A stretch of 64,000 nucleotides of DNA, from contig MU004190.1 of assembly GCA_010093605.1 (NCBI GenBank), positions 1,116,001-1,180,000 of the forward strand, read 5' to 3'. Under the pieces are notes generated by a model that saw nothing but the letters and a program-made list of their open reading frames with translations, ran no database searches and was not told where the DNA came from. Source of the DNA: Lophium mytilinum. Lineage: Eukaryota. Shown one piece after another: positions 1 to 11,219 of this stretch. The position numbers and the translations under genes are program-made. Numbering within the stretch: the stretch's first letter is position 1; each line of letters begins with the position of its first letter.

Positions 1-1921
1 TTCCCCAACGCCGAGGAACCGCTCTAGGACCAAACAGATCATGAGTGACACCAGTGTGGCAACTCCTAATGCAGTAAGGACGGTTCAAGTCACAGTGCCC
101 TCTGAAGATGATCCTCCTTCGTCACCGCCAGGCATGGAAACGACACAAGAGAGCCTCGGTTCTTATATTCCAGAAACGGCGTCAGATGCTGCGGGTATGG
201 TTGAGGACAGTTTCGAATATCGCCAAGTGGAGAAGGATGTCGCCCACGATCTTACTGATGAAATCGAAGTACATGAACCCACTGAGATTGACTCAAGCGT
301 TTTTATCGGTCCTCTTCGGCGGGCTGGCTCTGTCGAGGAAGATATCCAAGTCAACAATGAGGCGGCCGATCTTACCCCCGAAGAAGACGAGGATCTCCCA
401 AGTCCCAACCCTGAATCCCAGTTGGCTGCTCAAATCACCACAGACATGGAAGCCTTGAACAAGCGGTCCATCGAAGTCACCTCAGTGGAATCGTCCAGGG
501 ATCTGCAGCAAATAGCCAAGGCCGATGATGCAGCTTCTACTATTTTACGCGAAGGGAAGGCGGACGCCAAGAAGCAACTTGAGAAGAGTCAATCAGGAAA
601 TCCAGATGACTCCTCTCCTTTGCCCGATCCGGCCTACATAGCGGTGGAATCATCCCCTGATCGAGGTACACCGGCTCCGCAAGACAATCAAAGCACAACT
701 TCTGAGGACATGAGCCGCGTCGGAGACTCATTCACCGCGGCTGACAGCAGCTTTCACACGGCAGTTGACATGCCTCGCAAGACTTCCGTCACCAACGTAC
801 GAAGATCGTTTAGAAATACCCCATCCAGCCCCACACAGTCGTCGCCTAGGTCTACGCGAAACACCTTATTGAGCTCACAGGCGACGGCTAAAGCCTCTCG
901 CAAGCGAAAGGAATCCCCGATGGTTGCTCTTGCTACGAAACGAGCGCGGAAGCAATCAACAACTAGACAGACACCCGTTCCTAGTATTCGCCGCACTCCA
1001 TCATTCGTGAACTCTGCGGGCGACGAAGAGATTCTAGACTGTATCGTAGTCGACATGAACTCGCCTCTCACGCGCGGATCAGCATCAATACCTGCAGAAC
1101 AGCAACCACGCGTTGTTGTCACGCCAGCCTCTTCTCCAGCGCCTACTGCCAAAATAGAGGGTAGCGCAACTACCAACAAAATGATGCCGCCGCCCCCCTC
1201 ATCAGCACCTGTCAAACGGAAACCAGGTCGCCCAAGGAAGGTCGTTACAGAAAGCCAATCCGCGGAAAAGCCGACTCGCTCCACCAAGCGCAGCGTCCGC
1301 CTCTCTGCGCCAGAGCTAGGTAGATCAGTATCTGACCGTACGCACGACCTAGTCAATGAGACACCAGCGCCAAAGAGGGTAAAGCGAACAGCAAGCCAGG
1401 ACATCAGTCGCGCGACGTCCCTCGCCCCTTCGGAAACCAGCTCGCATGCCAGTATTACCAGGATACTCGACCACGTAGCCATTGCTCCTACACCGCAGGC
1501 GCTGAGGGATGAAGCCGTCCACCCTCCAAGCTCGCCGATCCGGGCGCAGCACGACGAGTCGAGTCCGACGAACCGGGAAGCTGCGCAAAAGTCTGTACGA
1601 AGGCCATCCGCCGTACCCGAGACAACAACCAACGCACAAGCGTCGCCTCAAATTTCATGCTTCCCCTCTAGGATTTCCACGCCGCTCAAGCGTACTGCGG
1701 ATGCCATGGCGGCAGATGCCCCTGCTACACCATCCCAGGCCCAAACACCGCTCGGAAGGATCATGGCTACGCCGAGTAGCATATTGGCGAAGCTGAAGAA
1801 GATAATGGCTGATTGCAGTCAGATGGTGCTGGGCAGCCAGGAGGAGAGGGAGTTTGATGACGTGCTTTTCAATATTCGGACGAAGGTGCATGATGCTGGA
1901 AGGAGGGGGAGGGATACTTGA
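1..1921 (+). CDS. RIF1: 3' portion of probable telomere/replication-timing regulator Rif1 (5' end outside window)
   Basis: Frame is open back to the window start. Long S/T/P-rich disordered region with DCIVVD, AT-hook-like KRKPGRPRK and C-terminal LGSQEEREFDDVLFNIRTKVHDAGRR, resembling Pezizomycotina Rif1 C-termini. Confidence 0.7.
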   Translation, partial: SPTPRNRSRTKQIMSDTSVATPNAVRTVQVTVPSEDDPPSSPPGMETTQESLGSYIPETASDAAGMVEDSFEYRQVEKDVAHDLTDEIEVHEPTEIDSSVFIGPLRRAGSVEEDIQVNNEAADLTPEEDEDLPSPNPESQLAAQITTDMEALNKRSIEVTSVESSRDLQQIAKADDAASTILREGKADAKKQLEKSQSGNPDDSSPLPDPAYIAVESSPDRGTPAPQDNQSTTSEDMSRVGDSFTAADSSFHTAVDMPRKTSVTNVRRSFRNTPSSPTQSSPRSTRNTLLSSQATAKASRKRKESPMVALATKRARKQSTTRQTPVPSIRRTPSFVNSAGDEEILDCIVVDMNSPLTRGSASIPAEQQPRVVVTPASSPAPTAKIEGSATTNKMMPPPPSSAPVKRKPGRPRKVVTESQSAEKPTRSTKRSVRLSAPELGRSVSDRTHDLVNETPAPKRVKRTASQDISRATSLAPSETSSHASITRILDHVAIAPTPQALRDEAVHPPSSPIRAQHDESSPTNREAAQKSVRRPSAVPETTTNAQASPQISCFPSRISTPLKRTADAMAADAPATPSQAQTPLGRIMATPSSILAKLKKIMADCSQMVLGSQEEREFDDVLFNIRTKVHDAGRRGRDT

Positions 1922-2312
1922 GGAGCAGATCTCCAGGGCGGACCTGCTTTGAGAGAAGGACGAACGTGGGAATGTACATGCCGGCGTTTTGATTGGGTTT
2001 GCATGGCTGCTTCTGCAAGCTGCATCTGGTGGGATCATTTGCTTCATTAGGGCTTGGAGCGTAAAACAGGGGGTTTGCATTCGAGCGCTAATTGAGATGG
2101 GCGGCTTCGACCCAGGTCGGCGATTCTGTACAGTTTGCTTTGCTTAGAATTAAGTCGATTGCCGTTTTATGGTGCCTTTCAGTTCCGGTGTCCGAATAAC
2201 CTCAATGCTTCCGTACTAAGTACGCAAGACTCTCCGATAACATGCATGTAAAAGACCCAACCCTCAAACACCAAACCTTCCATAGACACTCCCCGCCGAA
2301 CGCGCAGCCACT

Positions 2313-2829
2313 CTACCCAGACTGCCCACCCCCAGCCTTCGGCGCGCTCCCACCCCCACTCGTCCGACTCCTCTCACTCCCCTCCTTCCCAGGACTGCTC
2401 TGCGCGCCCCCCTCCTCCGCTCCCCTCGCCTTACTAACCTCGGGATTCCCGGGGCTAACATTCAACGACGAGTGCTATATCTCAATTAGTGGGTGGGTAG
2501 GTGGTCAGTCGAACGCATAAACATACCTTCCCAGCCTCCTTCTCCCCGCTCTCCTTCTCCGCCTCAGGACTCGTCGTGCTAGGATCAAACGCCGCCGCGC
2601 CGCCCGCTGCCGCGTCGTCGGACCCGCTCTTGCTGTACTCGGTGCTCTCCGGCTTCAGGCTCTCGCGGTCTTGGTCGTCCTTGCGGGGGAAGGCGCGGAG
2701 GGGGGTGGAGTGGAGGTGCTGGGCGCGGATGGCGGCGATTTTCGTGCGGGGCGGGCAGGTGGCGCGCAGGCCGGCGAAGCGGGTGGGAGACATGAGGGGG
2801 AGGGTGCGGGTGAGTGAGAGGGATGGCAT
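2313..2829 (-). CDS. Small conserved fungal hypothetical protein, likely mitochondrial presequence
   Basis: ATG at 2829; Arg-rich N-terminus; DRESLKPESTEYSKSGSDD...AFDPSTTSPE; intron 2475-2526 (GTATGT..CTAAT..TAG); exon 2 HSSLNVSPGNPEVS...GGGQSG*. Confidence 0.75.
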
Positions 2830-3838
2830 GGTGGATGGAGGCTGAGCGGAGAGACGGGATATGTAGTCGGGTGGCGCGGTGCTAAGGCAGGTTTTGGGTG
2901 TTACGCTTTTGGATCGGGCGGGTTGATCGGGGGTTCGATGGGAGATCTGGAAGTGGTGTGATGGGTTGATCGGGTTCAAAGTAATTGGTGTGTTTGACAG
3001 GACGGTGACCGAGAGAGTGGGAGACGCGGTGGTTTTGGGGAAGCCAATTGATTTCGGTATTGGAGGTTTGGTGGTGGTGAGCAGGGATGTGCGACCTCGG
3101 GATGAGAGCAGACTGACGTCAGAAGCGTGGTGAATGGGTGGGGCTTCACCGCCGGCAGAATTGCGGGTGACTAAGATGGTCACGTGCGTGGTGAACCATA
3201 GTCGTTAATATTTGTGTTACACCAACATTGTTCATCTCTTCTCATCATAAGCAAGCGGTTTGCTGTTATTCTTTGCGGTACTACACATACAACGCGCGAT
3301 GGCCAGCTCCAAATCTAGAGCGAGACGCGAGTCAGCTTGTTCGCCCCCACTCTTCCTTCGGCGAGACTTTTTCATCAGGCATCATTCCAGGCAACGACAG
3401 GGACGGCTTGCTGACTCTGTGCTAGCTACTAATCTGGAAGGAGTATAACAAACGGTGAGAACTATAAGCTTGTTCAGTGTCGGGAACAGTCACGATGGCC
3501 GCTGCCCGCCGTCTTCCCCGGTTGTGCCATTAGCTCCGCGACATAGCGGCTGATAACAGATTGAATCGGATCCGTTCGTTATACTTATATATGTGAACGG
3601 TCTCACACCTAGTTTTCGAAGGGAACTCAGTATTAGCCTTGCATTCGCTGTTTCACTCTCTCTAGCTTCATCGTTTATCCTTATAGCTTCAATGTTGTTC
3701 TACTAAATCCCTCTACTCCTTCTTTTTACCTGCATCCATCTTCTTATCACTCTTACTACCTCCACCCTCAGCACCACTCTACAAAACCTCAACCAGAATT
3801 TCCATACTATATCTCCAATCATCAAGACTCGAAAGACC

Positions 3839-5488
3839 ATGGCAGTTATCGAAATCACCGAGCTCGAACAGCCCTTCCAGAGCGAGAAATTAGATCAAGT
3901 CCGAACGGGCAAGATTAAGAAGGTCTTCGGCGGCAAGGCTCTTTCCGCCATTTACAAAATCCCGCACAAGGATGCTGTCAAAGTCTCAAAACTAGGCTGT
4001 GAGGGTGATGAACACCATTTTGAGTTCCACGGCGGTCCAGACAAAGCCCTCCTGCATTACTGCTCCCGACACTACGACTCGTGGAAGGCGGAACTACCTT
4101 CGAGCACGCACCTCTTCTCCCCCGGTGGCTTCGGAGAGAATCTTGTTAGCAGCTCCGCCAATGAGCGGAATATGTGCATTGGAGACATTCTTTCCATCGG
4201 CAACGAGCTCATCGTGCAGGTTAGCGAGCCGAGGGCGCCATGTTACAATCTCAACCACCGTTTCGAAGTAAAAGATATGTCCATGCGGTGCCAGACCTTA
4301 GCTCGTACGGGCTGGCTATACCGGATTCTTCAAGAAGGGTCTATCCAGCCTGGCGATGAGATCAGAATGCTCAAGCGGCTGAACTCGAAATGGACCGTCG
4401 CAGCTGTGCAACACTACCTCTACATAGAGATGAATAATATAGAGATGATGAAAAAGCTTGTGGATCTCGAAGAGCTCGGTGAAGCCATCAAGAAGATCTT
4501 CCGGAATCGACTCAACAAGAAGTTCGAAGATCAGCAATCGCGTCTTCTAGGCGATGAATCGATGGTCTTAAACACGTGGTCGGAGTATCGGATTGCAGAG
4601 AAGAAGATGGAAACCCCACAGATCGTTTCATTTGTTCTTGAGGCGGTTGATCCGGTCGAGTCTCCTGCGGCTGTTCAACCAGGCTCGTACGTTCGTCTGA
4701 AGCTGGGTGGAAAGCTTGTGCGGGCATACTCCGTAATAGGTGGTACCGAGAACCGCTTCGAGCTTGGAATTGCCTTAGATGCCAACAGTCGTGGTGGTTC
4801 AAAGTTCTTGCATGAAAGCACGAAGTGTGGGGATATGCTCACTGTCGGGAAGGTTACCGCCAGCTTTCCCCTGTCACAAGAAGCAGACCACCACATCATT
4901 ATTGCGGGAGGGATTGGCATTACGGCTTTTATAGCAGCCGCTCAATATCTCCAGTCTTCCGGAGCGAGCTATGATTTCCATCTCGCAGTCGGTTCAGACG
5001 TTCCTTTCCGCCGTCACCTCGACCCACTAGGTGAACATGTCACCATCTACAATAAAGCGGAGGGAAATCGACTGGATATCTCGAAAGTCCTTGCCAAAGG
5101 TAATGACAACACCCACGTATACTGCTGTGGCCCCGAGCGTCTGATGGAAGGCATCACAAAAGCTGCCGAAGAAATGGGACTTCCGAAGAGCAACATTCAC
5201 TTCGAGACTTTTCAAGTCTCGACCTCTGGAGACCCCTTCGTCGCAGAGCTCACCGTAAGCAAGAAGAAAATCGAGGTCAGTGGAGCCCAGAGCTTGCTTG
5301 ACGCCCTGCGAGATACTGGGTTTGACATCCCGTCATCCTGCGAGGCTGGTAATTGCGGTACGTGTAGGGTTACCGTATGCGGGGGAAGGATCGAGCATCG
5401 GGGAACTGGCTTGGAAGAAGAGGAAAAGGAAAACACGATGCTGACTTGTGTTTCGCGGGGTATCGGGGAGATCTCACTTGAGCTGTGA
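3839..5488 (+). CDS. MOSC (YiiM-like) + 3-alpha + FAD/NAD-binding reductase + C-terminal 2Fe-2S ferredoxin fusion
   Basis: HGGPDKAL, GGFGENL and EPRAPC (MOSC); RAYS, SRGGS, AGGIGIT and YCCGP (FNR/PDR-type reductase); SCEAGNCGTC...LTC (2Fe-2S). Intronless, 549 aa. Confidence 0.92.
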   Translation: MAVIEITELEQPFQSEKLDQVRTGKIKKVFGGKALSAIYKIPHKDAVKVSKLGCEGDEHHFEFHGGPDKALLHYCSRHYDSWKAELPSSTHLFSPGGFGENLVSSSANERNMCIGDILSIGNELIVQVSEPRAPCYNLNHRFEVKDMSMRCQTLARTGWLYRILQEGSIQPGDEIRMLKRLNSKWTVAAVQHYLYIEMNNIEMMKKLVDLEELGEAIKKIFRNRLNKKFEDQQSRLLGDESMVLNTWSEYRIAEKKMETPQIVSFVLEAVDPVESPAAVQPGSYVRLKLGGKLVRAYSVIGGTENRFELGIALDANSRGGSKFLHESTKCGDMLTVGKVTASFPLSQEADHHIIIAGGIGITAFIAAAQYLQSSGASYDFHLAVGSDVPFRRHLDPLGEHVTIYNKAEGNRLDISKVLAKGNDNTHVYCCGPERLMEGITKAAEEMGLPKSNIHFETFQVSTSGDPFVAELTVSKKKIEVSGAQSLLDALRDTGFDIPSSCEAGNCGTCRVTVCGGRIEHRGTGLEEEEKENTMLTCVSRGIGEISLEL

Positions 5489-5792
5489 TGGGCCCAAAAT
5501 CTCTCAATGTCTAGTTTTTTTTCTTCCTTATCCTCTGTGCGCTTCCTAGATATCCCAAGTTTCAACGTCGCCATTCGCAAGTCCCAAAGATTATACTACA
5601 CTGATTCATGTTATTATGGTCAATCATAGTCCATCTTTGGTGTTACTTCCAGACTCATTCTTTTGCATCTTAAATCTCAATTGTGTTCAAAATCAACCAC
5701 TTCTACTATTCTTTCTTTACAACCTAGCAAGCGCTCCCAAGGTCCAAAATCCACAGCATCCGACAAAACTAGCACCTAATCACACAACCTCA

Positions 5793-7266
5793 CTAGCCCA
5801 CCCTTCTTCCCCTAAACGTACTCCCAATCTCCCCACTCCTAATATCCGAAAACACCACCCTCGCCTCAGGAAACTCCTCCATCAACGCCCCCACATCCCC
5901 AGAATCCCGCCCACACGGCCCCCTCTTCGCCCCCGGCGCCCCCTCCACCGCATCCGCGGGTGTCCCATCTAACCACAACATCCCACTCCCACTATCATCC
6001 CACACACTCATCGCCAACACCATCCCCCGCCCCAACGCCTCCCCCATCGCCCCCAACCCACCCCGCTCCGCAAACGCATCCTCCGCCCCAAACACCTCCT
6101 TCTGCTCCCGGCAATACTCATCCGACACCGCGCTAAACGGCCCCATCCCTGCGACCCGCGACCGCGCGTTGTGGATCACCCGCCCGTCCTGCACGTACAG
6201 CCGCCGTATTTCTGTTAGTACGCCGTTGTGGGTGGGGAACTGCGTCACGACCGTGAACGGCCGGGATGTGTTGATGGTCAGGTTAGCGCCGTAGAATGAT
6301 GTCGCGTTCTGCCGGTACGGGTTGTAGTCGCAGCCGTCCTTGTCGCAGACGCCGGCGTAGCGGGCGTCGCCATCCCCGCAGGCGGTGCCGGAGCAGGCGT
6401 ACACGCCGGTTGTGTTGCAGGGGTGGGGCGTATACGCCGTCGCGGCGGCGTTGGCTTCCCAGATGTCCATTTCGGAGCAGCAGGCGCCGAAGGTGGAGTT
6501 GAGGTTGGCCTGAGGGGAGATTGGGGTGTTAGCTTGGTGTAGGAGTGGAGGTTAGGTGGGAGGTTATGGGGCTTACTTCGCCTTTGATGAAGTTCTGGGT
6601 TGGGCATTGGGCGTCGCAGTAGCCGGTGCCGTAGGCGGCGCCGGCGGCATTGAGGGCGTTTTTGTTGCCGGTCGCGTCCATTTCGCTGAAGTAGAGGGCG
6701 CCGTTTATGCCGCAGGGGACGTTGGAGACGTCGACGTCGAAGGTGAATTCGGCGTTTAGGAGGTTGAAGGAGACGTAGGTGTCGTCGTTCTCGAGGAGGT
6801 AGACGCGCGGTGACGCAAGGGAGGTGGTGTTGTCTTTTTGGACGAAGAGATCGAGCGTTAAGGCGTCTCCGCTGGTGGAGATGCCGTACGCTGTTGACGA
6901 TAGGGTGTTAGTCTCGGAAAACGATACGAGGGTTCTGAAGGGGGGTCTTTCTAACGTACTTGCGTAGTCGACGCCTTCCAAAGTGCAATTAGCTGCACAG
7001 GTCTCGATATCAGGGCAGATCTCGGGGTCGAATCCGGAGCTGCCGACGCAGTTCGTGTACCCCCCGACGTTATGAAGCCAGCGGTAATTAGAGTCCAGCA
7101 CGATCGAGGAGTTGACAGAAACGCAGCCCCCGGCCAGTGTACATCTCTTGGATGATAGAGAGGGGTGGGCTTCGGGAGTCAATTCCCCTGGTTGCTGTGC
7201 GGTAGTGTAAGAGACAACGAGTGAGAGCACGACTGCGCTGGCAGTTCGCATAACTAGACTGTTCAT
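5793..7266 (-). CDS. Secreted glycoside hydrolase family 7 (cellulase, probably endoglucanase type; no CBM1)
   Basis: Signal peptide; VLDSNYRW, NGALYFSEMD, GTGYCDAQC, catalytic EMDIWEAN, CDKDGC, MVLAMSVWDD, WLD. Introns 6891-6959 and 6510-6576. Confidence 0.95.
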
Positions 7267-8101
7267 GATGATATCAAAAGAGACTAACGAATGGCCAAAG
7301 AAAGAAGAGAAGAAATGAGATAGATGCAAAGGAGAGACTAAGAAAGTTGTTTATATATCAACGGAGACGAGGTCTGTTCTACGAACCCTGGGATATTCGA
7401 ATCTACTTAGAGAATCCATATTAAGCTGTATGAGAGCCGCACATTCCACGGGTCTTCTAGAAACAATCGAACATGGTACAAATTGAATGCATGCAAGGAT
7501 GCAATTAACCGGCCAATCAACCTCGAGAACAACAGCCCTTATATCGATGTGAAATTGTCTCTAGCCAAGCGAGATTTCAATTTCACTCCAGACACCCCCA
7601 CTGATGCACCCCACATCTTGAATCCATTGCCGTAATCTCGGGACGGCGGACCTGAAAAGCGATTCGCTAGGGGCTACTCGGTATGCAATCAATTAGAGAT
7701 GAAAATGCAGGTACAGTAGATGAGAAGGGTGGCATGATCCTCGTGATCTAGTTCGGACTGGGACACGTTGCAAACAGACTGTAGACGGGAGCTAGAAAAC
7801 AGCGTGCGTTCATAAACCGCAGGTGTTGTTGATTTTTTCTTTCTTAGCCCCTGGAAGCTGTCATCTTTTGAGTTTCAAGAAGTTTGATAAACGAATGGAG
7901 ATTCAGATGAATGAAAATATAGGACTGAATGTCCGACCGAGTCACGTGCTTCGCTTATTCCAAATGAATGAACCAGACTAATCAGGCTACCCAACTTCTC
8001 TTTCGTAACCAAATTGACTGGCCTTCTGAGGTGTTCCCGCTCGTTGAACCCGATCGTGTATGTGCATCGTCAATTGAGGACAACGGTAGAAAAGCACGAC
8101 T

Positions 8102-9593
8102 CTAGAACCTTAGTGGCTGATCCAAGTCCAATTCCTTGAATCCAATCGACAACTGCGGCACTTGCTTATAATGCGACTCGCCTAGAACAGTCCTCGTCTG
8201 CTGCAGTGACTACCCTTGATGTCAGCATAACTTCCAAGTTATTCAAAGAATAGAATTATGCACTTACATTCAGATACGTCGGATTGGGGTTCCTCTTCAT
8301 CGTCTCCAAGAAAGCCCACGACATGGCTCCGACACTGGAACCTTGGATACTCGCATCCGCGCTCGTCTGATCGTCTCGGCAACCGGAGAACATAGTCACA
8401 AACTTGTGCTCCGACTTCCAATCTTCCACAAAGTTCTCCTCACCTACGCCTTCCTCTTGCTGCTCTCCACTATGCTTCAGCTGCTTGAAGAACGTATTCG
8501 CACCAGCAAACAGCTCTTTCGCTTTTACGACCTTGGCCATCGAAAAGCCACCACTAATAAGACTACTCGCCTCTTGCAAGAGCACCATCCCAGTCTTGAC
8601 ATTGTCAATCATGCTAACATTACCGTCCGCATCACTGCGATAAACGAACGGGAGCTCGATAGCTGAGCCGCTATGGCAGCAGTCGAAGATGACGAAGAGC
8701 GTGCTATTAGCGGGCAGCGCTGAGACCAATGTGCGGTGCAGCTTGTCGCTATCAAGCTGTCCATTCTGCTCAAAGTCGACTGGCACAATCGTATCGTCAA
8801 AGCCCGACTCGCGGTCGCCATCTGGATCCTTCACTTGGCTCCCATGCCCCGAGTAATGCAAGAAGTTGCACGTGTTCGGCTCGGAGATCAGCCAGTGCAT
8901 TGCCGCGAGCATGTTCTTGCCCGTCGGGAATAAAGGGCCGCGCGGGTCCGTGTTCGGGTCGTCGCGCATGATGACTTGGGACCGCTGGTCGCTGGAGTAG
9001 CCCTTTTGGCCTAGAAATTGCGCCATGTTCGTGACGTCTTGGTGGCAGCCGCGGAGGGCGTGTTTGCTACCCACATAGTTGATGCCGATCAACAGAGACT
9101 TCCGGTGCAGTGGCTGCGGGGTTTGGGCGTATGGGTGCTGAGCAGTTGGGGGTGGGCCGCCTTGGTAGTGTGTTTGTCCTTGGTACTGAGATGCACCTTG
9201 GTACTCGGGCTGTGGGCCGTGTTGTGGACCTCCTTGGTAGCCTTGTGGTGGGCCGCCCTGGTAGGATTGCTGCGGTTGACTCTGGTACTGAGATTGAGGG
9301 GGGCCTCCCTGGTAGCCCTGGGGAGGACCCTCTTGGTATCCTCCTTGGTAGCCATGTTGCGGTCGACTATGGTACTGAGATTGGGGTGGACCTCCCTGAT
9401 ATCCTTGAGGAGGATTTCCATGATACTCTCCTTGATAGTCCTGAGACTGATACCCCCCACCTTGGCGCCCTTGGCCAGGATAGTTTGATGGCCCACGCTG
9501 GCTCTCTTCTGCCTGCAGTCGGGCAGCTAGTGCTTCATCTTTATCAATCTGCTCCTGCTCATATCGATCAGAGTGGTGATGATGGTGTGACAT
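8102..9593 (-). CDS. MCA1: Type I metacaspase with Q/G/Y/P-rich N-terminal prodomain
   Basis: KSLLIGINY, LRGC, catalytic HYSGHG and DCCHSG, SGCRDDQTSADA, GAMSWAF; intron 8210-8267; last exon ...KQVPQLS...QPLRF*. Confidence 0.93.
9130..9480 (-). repeat. Coding tandem repeats (PPQGYQGG / PPQSQYQS-like) in the metacaspase prodomain
   Basis: Repeated GGPPQ and GYQGG units in the translation; recurring ttggtag/tggtactgaga on the + strand. Confidence 0.85.
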
Positions 9594-10466
9594 GATTGCT
9601 GTCTTCTGGCGTCGATGTTCTAAGCAAGTCACAGGAGTTAGGGTTAGAAGACAAGCTTCACCAAGCCCAGTCGATCAAAGCTTAGCCGAGATTGAGCCGG
9701 AACCTTAGCTGGGCCGGCGACGTCAGCACGTTTGTAGATGGACTAGCGCGTAGGTAGAACTAGGCTAAGCGAGTCCCGTTTTGGGCTTATAAAAGCCGAT
9801 AGATCGCGCTCTGAGTAGATACGCAAGCAAACTTGGACTCGTAAATGTGCAAAATGAGCAAGCATGAGTTCAGCCATAAGGTAGTCGGAACCCAGTGATG
9901 GGCCTGTACATACGTCGAGTTTTTGCAGATAACCGTAGTGTGAATGCTTTGGGTTTATGTGTATGTTACATATCCTTCATATACATTATATCAGTCAATA
10001 CCCTCGTTAAACGTTCTCTTGCATTTAGTACATTTCAATCTCGATATATCGTTACGTTCACAGCTTTCTGGTACAGCATCAAATGAATCTCGGCAGACTA
10101 TTGGTAGGTACGACCTGGTAAAGAACGTTAGAATGTTGCGAAATGAAATCAGTATCGTCCTGTATGCCCTTGCGACACAGTCGGGCAGCGTAGAAATACG
10201 CCTTACGAGGAGTCATATACGAATCTCCAAGTAATAGGCAGAATTTCAAGAGCAGTGTGGGGTCCATGAACAGTTCACTGCTCACCCTGTTTTGCTTAGA
10301 ATGCGAGAACCAACCCTAACCGAAGTCCCTTGAAAGTTAATGAATGATACTAGATTCGATTGAACTTCTGAAAAATAGCTGAAATCGGACCTGGTCTTCG
10401 TAGGTAGAAGAATCATCATACCTGATGCAGCTTTCCAACGCCGCGAATCCTCAAACCATATAGAGA

Positions 10467-11219
10467 CTACCCAAGCGCGAACAACCTCCACTCCCCTCCC
10501 GCTTTATTCCACGCCTGTTCTTCAATTTCTCCCATATTTGCCCTCTCCCAGACATCCCCTTTCCGTTCCACCTGCATCACAAGCAGCGTAGCTGGAAAGT
10601 CATCCTCAAGCTCCGCGATATGCCTTCGCCCCACCACAATGAACTCCTGCAACCCGGTCTCATATCTACCACCCTCCCAGTGCTTTTCGCGCATTCGGCA
10701 GAGAGTCCCTACGACGTCTCCTCTGGCATTTAAGATTTGGGGCGTGAAGTGGTGGAATGGCAGTGAGGTTGATGGCGGCGCTGGGCTTCCGCTAACATGC
10801 TGCTCGGCAGTGTGACAAAAGGCGCAGCTGAAACCGAGAGCAGCGTCAGTAATTCGGGAGACAGGATTGCCTTCGTGCCGGAGGCAGATGTGGAATTTGG
10901 CGGTTGCCGCCCAGAAGAAGAGGAGATGGTGTTCAGGTACGTCGCTGAGGTATTCGGGCGTGAGTGATGGGAGATTGTGTTGTAGCGCTTCCAATGTTAC
11001 ATCTCTTGGTCGGTCGTCTTCGCGTTTGAGATCTTGAGCTGTAGGGCTGGCGATGGTATTGGCTATGCTCCACACTGGAACGATCCTGATGGCCTCAGGA
11101 GGGTACTTGTCGGGTGCTCTTTGACCCGCTTGTATGCCCTTGATGTCTGATGTAGTAGGGTAGCGAAGGGCTCTGAAGTTGATTTTCAGGCAGTGCTCGC
11201 ATAAAGAAACGGGGGGCAT
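10467..11219 (-). CDS. HET-protein-family-like ORF with N- and C-terminal flanking motifs but no HET domain
   Basis: N-terminal LCEHCLKINF; C-terminal HHLLFFWA...F, EFIVVGRR, LLVMQVERKGDVWERANMGEIEEQAW...WRLFALG, typical of HET-protein tails. No YxALSY/H.WG or WIDxLCI motifs. Confidence 0.6.
   Translation of the reverse strand: MPPVSLCEHCLKINFRALRYPTTSDIKGIQAGQRAPDKYPPEAIRIVPVWSIANTIASPTAQDLKREDDRPRDVTLEALQHNLPSLTPEYLSDVPEHHLLFFWAATAKFHICLRHEGNPVSRITDAALGFSCAFCHTAEQHVSGSPAPPSTSLPFHHFTPQILNARGDVVGTLCRMREKHWEGGRYETGLQEFIVVGRRHIAELEDDFPATLLVMQVERKGDVWERANMGEIEEQAWNKAGGEWRLFALG

Noticed and set aside
754..1632. 292-aa antisense ORF
   Set aside because: Shadow of the RIF1-like coding strand; no motifs.
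2830..3183. N-terminal extension of ORF 2482-3183
   Set aside because: Non-ATG start in C-rich stop-poor leader sequence; a good ATG context exists at 2829.
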